DNA from: a bacterium
Lineage (GTDB): Bacteria > Desulfobacterota > DSWW01
Reading direction: 5' to 3'
Length of the DNA stretch: 64,000 nucleotides
Assembly (NCBI GenBank): GCA_040756235.1
Contig: JBFLZG010000002.1
Location: 1 to 64,000 of the forward strand
In this document: positions 59,642-64,000 of the stretch, piece by piece
How the letters are laid out: each line of letters begins with the position of its first letter
Numbering within the stretch: the stretch's first letter is position 1
Notes under the pieces: model-generated
What the model saw: the letters and a program-made list of their open reading frames with translations, nothing else
Database searches by the model: none
Told to the model about the DNA's origin: nothing
Program-made: the position numbers and the translations under genes

Positions 59642-60634
59642 GTGAAGATCATCGCCCCCATCAGCTCTCCGCAAGAACTGGAGATGCTCCTTCACCACGG
59701 GGCAGACGAGCTCTACTGCGGCGTCCGTACGCCCGAATGGGAGGAGCACTTCGGCGGCCAGTGGTGGATGAACCGGAGGAGCCCGCGCGGCGCCAATCTC
59801 GCGTCGTGGCAGGAAATTCGGGAGGTCGTGCAGTCGGCCCACAGCGCCAACGTGCCGGTGCACGTGACCCTGAACGCTCCCTTTTACACGGAAGCGGGCC
59901 TGCGCTACCTACTCAAGCTCGCGGAGAAATTGTCCTCGGAGCTCGGGGTCGACGGTCTCATCGTCAGCGATCTGAGCTTCCTGCTGCGTCTTTCCCGGCT
60001 CGGTCTGCCCGTGCGGGTCCACCTGAGCAGCCTGGGAAACTGCCTCAACACTTACTCCGCGGGTTTTTTTGAGTCTCTCGGCATCCGCCGAGTGATCCTG
60101 CCGAGGCAGCTCAGACTATCCGAGATCCGGCGGATCGTCGCCGGAAACCGCTCCCCCATGGAATTCGAGGTCTTCGCGGTGAACGACGGCTGCTTCTTCG
60201 ACGAGGCGTTCTGCCAGACCACGCACGTGCTGGGCGGACCCTTTTGTCTGACGGAATGGAAGGTCGAAGTCCGCGGATCAGCGGCGTGCAGCGTCTCGCA
60301 AGAGGGGATCGAGGCGGCCGTCCGGGACCTGCGGGAATACCTGTGGTACCAGAACAACTGCGGCTCTTCCTTGCAGGATACCGGTCTGCCGAACGGTCCG
60401 TGCAGCCTTTGCTGGTTCGGCTGGTTCCGGGACTGGGGGGTGACCTCGGTCAAGATCGTGGGCCGCGAGGCGTCGTTCGCCCGCAAGATGGGCAGCCTGC
60501 AGCTCGTCAAGGCGGTCATGGACGAGGTGAGGGCGGGCGCGAGCCCCCAGCGCATTGCCGAGACGGCCAGGTCTCTGCGCAGAACCCCGGAGTACTGCGA
60601 CAAGGGATACATGTGCTACTTCCGGGAAGAGTAA
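59642..60634 (+). CDS. U32-family Fe-S protein, UbiU-like
   Basis: IIAP, GADELYCG, VTLN, DGLIVSD, HLSS, RRVILPRQL, EVF...GC-x6-C...C...CSLC, VKIVGR (cf. LKIEGR). Confidence 0.88.
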   Translation: MKIIAPISSPQELEMLLHHGADELYCGVRTPEWEEHFGGQWWMNRRSPRGANLASWQEIREVVQSAHSANVPVHVTLNAPFYTEAGLRYLLKLAEKLSSELGVDGLIVSDLSFLLRLSRLGLPVRVHLSSLGNCLNTYSAGFFESLGIRRVILPRQLRLSEIRRIVAGNRSPMEFEVFAVNDGCFFDEAFCQTTHVLGGPFCLTEWKVEVRGSAACSVSQEGIEAAVRDLREYLWYQNNCGSSLQDTGLPNGPCSLCWFGWFRDWGVTSVKIVGREASFARKMGSLQLVKAVMDEVRAGASPQRIAETARSLRRTPEYCDKGYMCYFREE

Positions 60635-60639
60635 GGCCC

Positions 60640-62418
60640 ATGCAGGAGTCCTTTGCCCGACAGCTGCTCTACCTGAGCGGTTACCTCCGGCCCCACAAAC
60701 GGGTGCTGGCGGTCTCCCTGCTGTTGAGCGTGATCAGCACCGGCATGGGGATGGTGCAGCCGCTCTTCGCCAAGTTCCTCATCGACAAGGTCCTGATCGC
60801 GCGCGAGTACCGGCTGCTGGTGCCGCTGATGGCCGCGGTGATCACCTTGACGATCGTGAGCTTTCTCATCCGCGTGAGCAACGGCTACATTTATACCCGT
60901 TATTCCGCCCGGGTCCTCTTTCGCATGCGGGAGGATCTGTTCGCACATCTGCAGAAGGTCCCGCTGAGCTTCTATTCCAAGAGGAAGATCGGGGACATCT
61001 TCACGCGGATCTCCTCGGACATGGCCGACATCCAGGGCCTGATCACGGAGACGGCTCCGAACTACCTGTTCAATTTCCTGACCTGCGTGATCACCGCAGG
61101 CATTCTCGTCTGGCTCAACTGGGCCATGGCCCTGATGAGCTTCGTGTTTCTGCCGGCGGCCATGTACCTGGTGACGCGCATCCGCCCGAAGCTCGTCGAC
61201 CTGGGCCGGAGCATGGCGGAGAGCAATTCGGACATCGCTCATTTCCTGCTCGAGTCTCTCTCCGGCATGAGTCTCATCCGGGCCTTTGGCGCGGAGAAGC
61301 TCGAGCGCGCCAAACTGAACGAAAAACAGTCCGGAATCATGGATCTGCTGCTGCGCTACCAGGTCCTGGGGGCCTTCTCCGGCTCCATACCGATCCTCTC
61401 CACCATCATCAACACGCTGGTCGTCTTCGGGTACGGCGGTTCGCTCGTCATCCAGGGATCCCTGAGCATCGGGAGCCTGGTCGCGTTCACGATCTATCAG
61501 GGCAGGGTGTTTGCGCCTCTGCAGGGCCTGATGGAGGGATATCTGGGCATGCAGAAGGCCAAGGTGGCGCTGCGGCGCGTGCGCGAGATCCTGGACGTCG
61601 CGCCGGCCTTTCAGGAGCATGGAGGGGTCGTGCCGGAAACCGGGATCCTGGAGGGGGCGATTGCGTTCGAGAAGGTCGGCTTCGCGTACGAGAAGGAGGA
61701 GCCGGTCCTGAGCGACCTCAGCTTCCGAATACCCGCCGGCAAGGTGACGGCGATCGTGGGCCCGAGCGGGGTCGGCAAGACGACGCTCTGCCATCTGATC
61801 ATGAGGCTGTTCGACCCGGACTCGGGCCGCATCACGCTTGACGGGATCGACCTGAAAAAGTATAAGGTGGAGTGGCTCCGGAAGCAGATTGCGCTGGTCT
61901 CTCAAGACACCTTTCTGTTCCACACGACGATCCTGGAAAACATCCGCTTCTCGAAGCCGGAAGCTCCTCTTCAAGACATCGTCGATGCATCCAAGGCAGC
62001 CTGCATCCATGAGTTCATCGAGTCCCTGCCCGAACAGTACCATACGGTGGTGGGTGATCGTGGGGTGCGGCTCTCCGGAGGTCAAAAGCAGCGCATCAGC
62101 ATCGCCCGCTCCGTCCTCATGGAGCCCAAGGTCCTCATTTTGGATGAAGCGACCGCTTTTCTCGACGCGTCCGCCGAACAGCGCCTCAAGACGACGCTCC
62201 ATGACCTGATGAGAGACAAGACGGTTGTCGTCGTGAGCCACCGGCCTTCGGCCATCGAGTGGGCCGACAAGATCATCGCGATCGAATCCGGCAGGTTGAT
62301 CTACGACGGGACCGCCCGGGGCTTTTTCGAGAAAGGGAGCGGTGTTCCTGCGAGTGAGGAATCGATGGCGGGACGTGAGGAGGTCCGGAAGGGGCCGTGG
62401 CCATTGACATCGCCGTAG
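60640..62418 (+). CDS. qhpF: ABC exporter (TMD+NBD), QhpF-like
   Basis: Six-TM ABC membrane domain, GPSGVGKT, LSGGQKQR, LILDEAT, SH; assignment to QhpF is from context. Confidence 0.8.
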   Translation: MQESFARQLLYLSGYLRPHKRVLAVSLLLSVISTGMGMVQPLFAKFLIDKVLIAREYRLLVPLMAAVITLTIVSFLIRVSNGYIYTRYSARVLFRMREDLFAHLQKVPLSFYSKRKIGDIFTRISSDMADIQGLITETAPNYLFNFLTCVITAGILVWLNWAMALMSFVFLPAAMYLVTRIRPKLVDLGRSMAESNSDIAHFLLESLSGMSLIRAFGAEKLERAKLNEKQSGIMDLLLRYQVLGAFSGSIPILSTIINTLVVFGYGGSLVIQGSLSIGSLVAFTIYQGRVFAPLQGLMEGYLGMQKAKVALRRVREILDVAPAFQEHGGVVPETGILEGAIAFEKVGFAYEKEEPVLSDLSFRIPAGKVTAIVGPSGVGKTTLCHLIMRLFDPDSGRITLDGIDLKKYKVEWLRKQIALVSQDTFLFHTTILENIRFSKPEAPLQDIVDASKAACIHEFIESLPEQYHTVVGDRGVRLSGGQKQRISIARSVLMEPKVLILDEATAFLDASAEQRLKTTLHDLMRDKTVVVVSHRPSAIEWADKIIAIESGRLIYDGTARGFFEKGSGVPASEESMAGREEVRKGPWPLTSP

Positions 62419-63080
62419 TCGACAGTGGCGTCAACCCGTGGCACTCCCACGTGCAGGGCGTCCAGGGAGGGTTCTCGCTCCGCCTGCAGCCCTCGGGCGA
62501 GGTCCTGGAGGAAGAGGAGTTCAGGGACGAGCTGGGGCACGGCACGGCCATAGCAGGAATCATCCGGGAGAAGGCGCCCGCAGCCAGGCTGCACGTGATC
62601 AAGATTTTTCACCAGGAGCTGCGCGCTCCCGCCGAGGTCCTCATGGCTGCCCTGGAGCGGGCGATGGCCCTGCGCGCCAAGGTCATCCACCTGAGCCTCG
62701 GCACCGAGCGCAGGAAGGACAGAGCTCGCCTCGACAAGCTTTGCCGCGAGGCGGACGCGAGCGGAAGCGTCATCGTCGCATCGGCCCGCGGCTGCGACGA
62801 TCGGATCTATCCGGCGGCGCTGGAAACCGTAATCGGAGTCTACTGGGATCGCCAGTGCGCTGAAGACGCCCTGGTCTATCGTGCGGGGAAACCGGTCGAG
62901 TTTGGCGCTCACGGCCGGCCGCGGCCCATTCCCGGCGTGCCGCAGGAATTGAACCTGAGCGGCAGCAGTTTTGCTGCCGCCCGCGTCACGGCATGGGCCG
63001 CCCAGCACCTCGAGCGCAATCCTAACGGTGGCAGCGGATGGGTGAGGGAGGTTTTGCAGGAGCAATCGAAAGGAGGATAA
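62397..63080 (+). CDS. qhpE: subtilisin-like S8 leader peptidase, QhpE-like
   Basis: Triad motifs VVDSG, GHGT, GSSFA; ~227 aa, no signal or propeptide, as for QhpE. Confidence 0.85.
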   Translation: MAIDIAVVDSGVNPWHSHVQGVQGGFSLRLQPSGEVLEEEEFRDELGHGTAIAGIIREKAPAARLHVIKIFHQELRAPAEVLMAALERAMALRAKVIHLSLGTERRKDRARLDKLCREADASGSVIVASARGCDDRIYPAALETVIGVYWDRQCAEDALVYRAGKPVEFGAHGRPRPIPGVPQELNLSGSSFAAARVTAWAAQHLERNPNGGSGWVREVLQEQSKGG

Positions 63081-63715
63081 TGCCCATGGCAAAGAGGGAT
63101 GAAAAGAAGCGGTCGGCAGGCGGGTTCTTGTCCAGCAAGAAGGGAATCGCCTTGCTCTCGGTGCCTGTCTTGATCGCCGCCGGGGTCGTCGGCCATGAAG
63201 CCGCGGTCCAGTATTTCCCAGAGGTGGCGTGTGTGGCCTGCCATGAGATGAACGAGCCTGTCAAACGCTGGAAGGATTCGGGCGTGGCCAAGAACCACCA
63301 GGACTGCGCGGATTGCCACTTCGACACCGGCATCGCCAGGGTCTGGGACATGAACCGGGACGCGGTCGTGCTGTTCGTGAAGCACTTCACCCGTGACAAG
63401 GAGGAGCCGATCCAGCCTCCCGAACCGCCCATCTTCGTCGACCCGGCGCAGGAGCCCGCCTATTACAGCCTGGTGCCCAACCACCGCTGCTTTCAGTGCA
63501 AGGACGCGAAAAACCACAACGTCATGGACCAGGCCGCGGTTCACACCAAGCTCGTGAGCTTTGCCGGGGCCCAGCCGTGCAAGGACTGTCACAACCACGA
63601 CATGCGTAACGGCATGAAGTTCTACGAAAAGATCCTTCAGGACCCGAATGCGCCTGCATCCGGACAGGAGACCCCTGCCGCGGGTGCGAGCCTGGAGAAC
63701 CTTGCCAGAAACTGA
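63080..63715 (+). CDS. membrane-anchored NapC/NrfH-like multiheme cytochrome c
   Basis: N-terminal TM helix; CVACHEM, CADCH, CFQCK, CKDCH; AGGAGG RBS; start overlaps the qhpE stop. Confidence 0.8.
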   Translation: MPMAKRDEKKRSAGGFLSSKKGIALLSVPVLIAAGVVGHEAAVQYFPEVACVACHEMNEPVKRWKDSGVAKNHQDCADCHFDTGIARVWDMNRDAVVLFVKHFTRDKEEPIQPPEPPIFVDPAQEPAYYSLVPNHRCFQCKDAKNHNVMDQAAVHTKLVSFAGAQPCKDCHNHDMRNGMKFYEKILQDPNAPASGQETPAAGASLENLARN

Positions 63716-63729
63716 AGGGGTGAAGGACA

Positions 63730-63828
63730 GTGAAAGCCCAGACGGCCGTCAAGAGCCTGTTGGTTGTCCTCCTGGGGGTGCTGGTCCTTGCTCTGGGCTT
63801 TTTCTGCTACATGGTCGTGGCACGCTGA
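63730..63828 (+). CDS. putative 32-aa single-TM membrane peptide
   Basis: GTG...TGA encodes MKAQTAVKSLLVVLLGVLVLALGFFCYMVVAR; 14 bp after the cytochrome stop, purine-rich upstream; too short for the ORF track. Confidence 0.45.
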   Translation: MKAQTAVKSLLVVLLGVLVLALGFFCYMVVAR

Positions 63829-64000
63829 GCCCTTGGATAGCGCTGCTTCGAGTGTGTGTGCCGCGTCCGAAAGCCCCGAACGACGGATGGCCCTGGTGAG
63901 CCCGGCGTCTCATCGTGCCGGGGTTGCCCGGGGCCATGGATAGCGGACTCGCACGGGCTTGCACCTTGAAGCGTGAAAAGGACGCACGGTGCGCAAGCCC

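Noticed and set aside
58557..60634. Reading the U32 genes as collagenase-like proteases or as ubiquinone ubiUV
   Set aside because: The cluster already has an S8 leader peptidase, the Cys patterns indicate Fe-S proteins, and no ubiT or other ubi genes are adjacent. True ubiUV orthology is not claimed.
60244..60639. N-terminal extension of the ABC transporter (724-aa ORF)
   Set aside because: It overlaps the UbiU-like gene in another frame; ATG 60640 gives a normal-length exporter.

Overview
High-GC bacterial chromosomal segment, most consistent with an anaerobic deltaproteobacterium (Desulfobacterota-like). This taxonomy is inferred from gene content (iorAB, a dehydratase activase, DUF362, carD-cysS-uvrB-uvrC) and is not proven. 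Bases 1-50.7 kb are mostly housekeeping and metabolic genes: class II aldolase, RNase Z-like, trpS, cysK, trpD, polyprenyl synthase, recD2, iorAB, carD, cysS, uvrBC, comEC, aspS, TolC, icd-mdh-sucC-sucD, rlmN, nfi, yhaM-like and an acyl-CoA synthetase. A small envelope/glycan block at 5.8-14.5 kb carries an FG-GAP/PKD protein, a methyltransferase, a GH51-like hydrolase with a predicted sigma54 promoter, and a polytopic membrane protein. The intergenic spaces hold several repeat families: a CTAG/TA-flanked MITE-like element (8 copies), a ~260-bp element (2 copies), GTAG-type REP palindromes and inverted heptamer arrays. The highlight is 50.9-63.8 kb, a quinohemoprotein amine dehydrogenase (QHNDH) cluster ordered porin-qhpA-qhpC-qhpB-qhpD-qhpB2-[UbiV-like]-[UbiU-like]-qhpF-qhpE-NrfH/NapC-like cytochrome-small membrane peptide. 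The O2-dependent flavin monooxygenase QhpG, which normally hydroxylates the cofactor tryptophan, is not seen in the window. A pair of U32-family Fe-S proteins resembling the O2-independent hydroxylases UbiU/UbiV sits among the maturation genes instead. My hypothesis is an oxygen-independent route to the cysteine tryptophylquinone (CTQ) cofactor, linked to the quinone pool through a tetraheme cytochrome with an unusual CxxCK motif. No rRNA, tRNA, CRISPR array or transposase was recognised.
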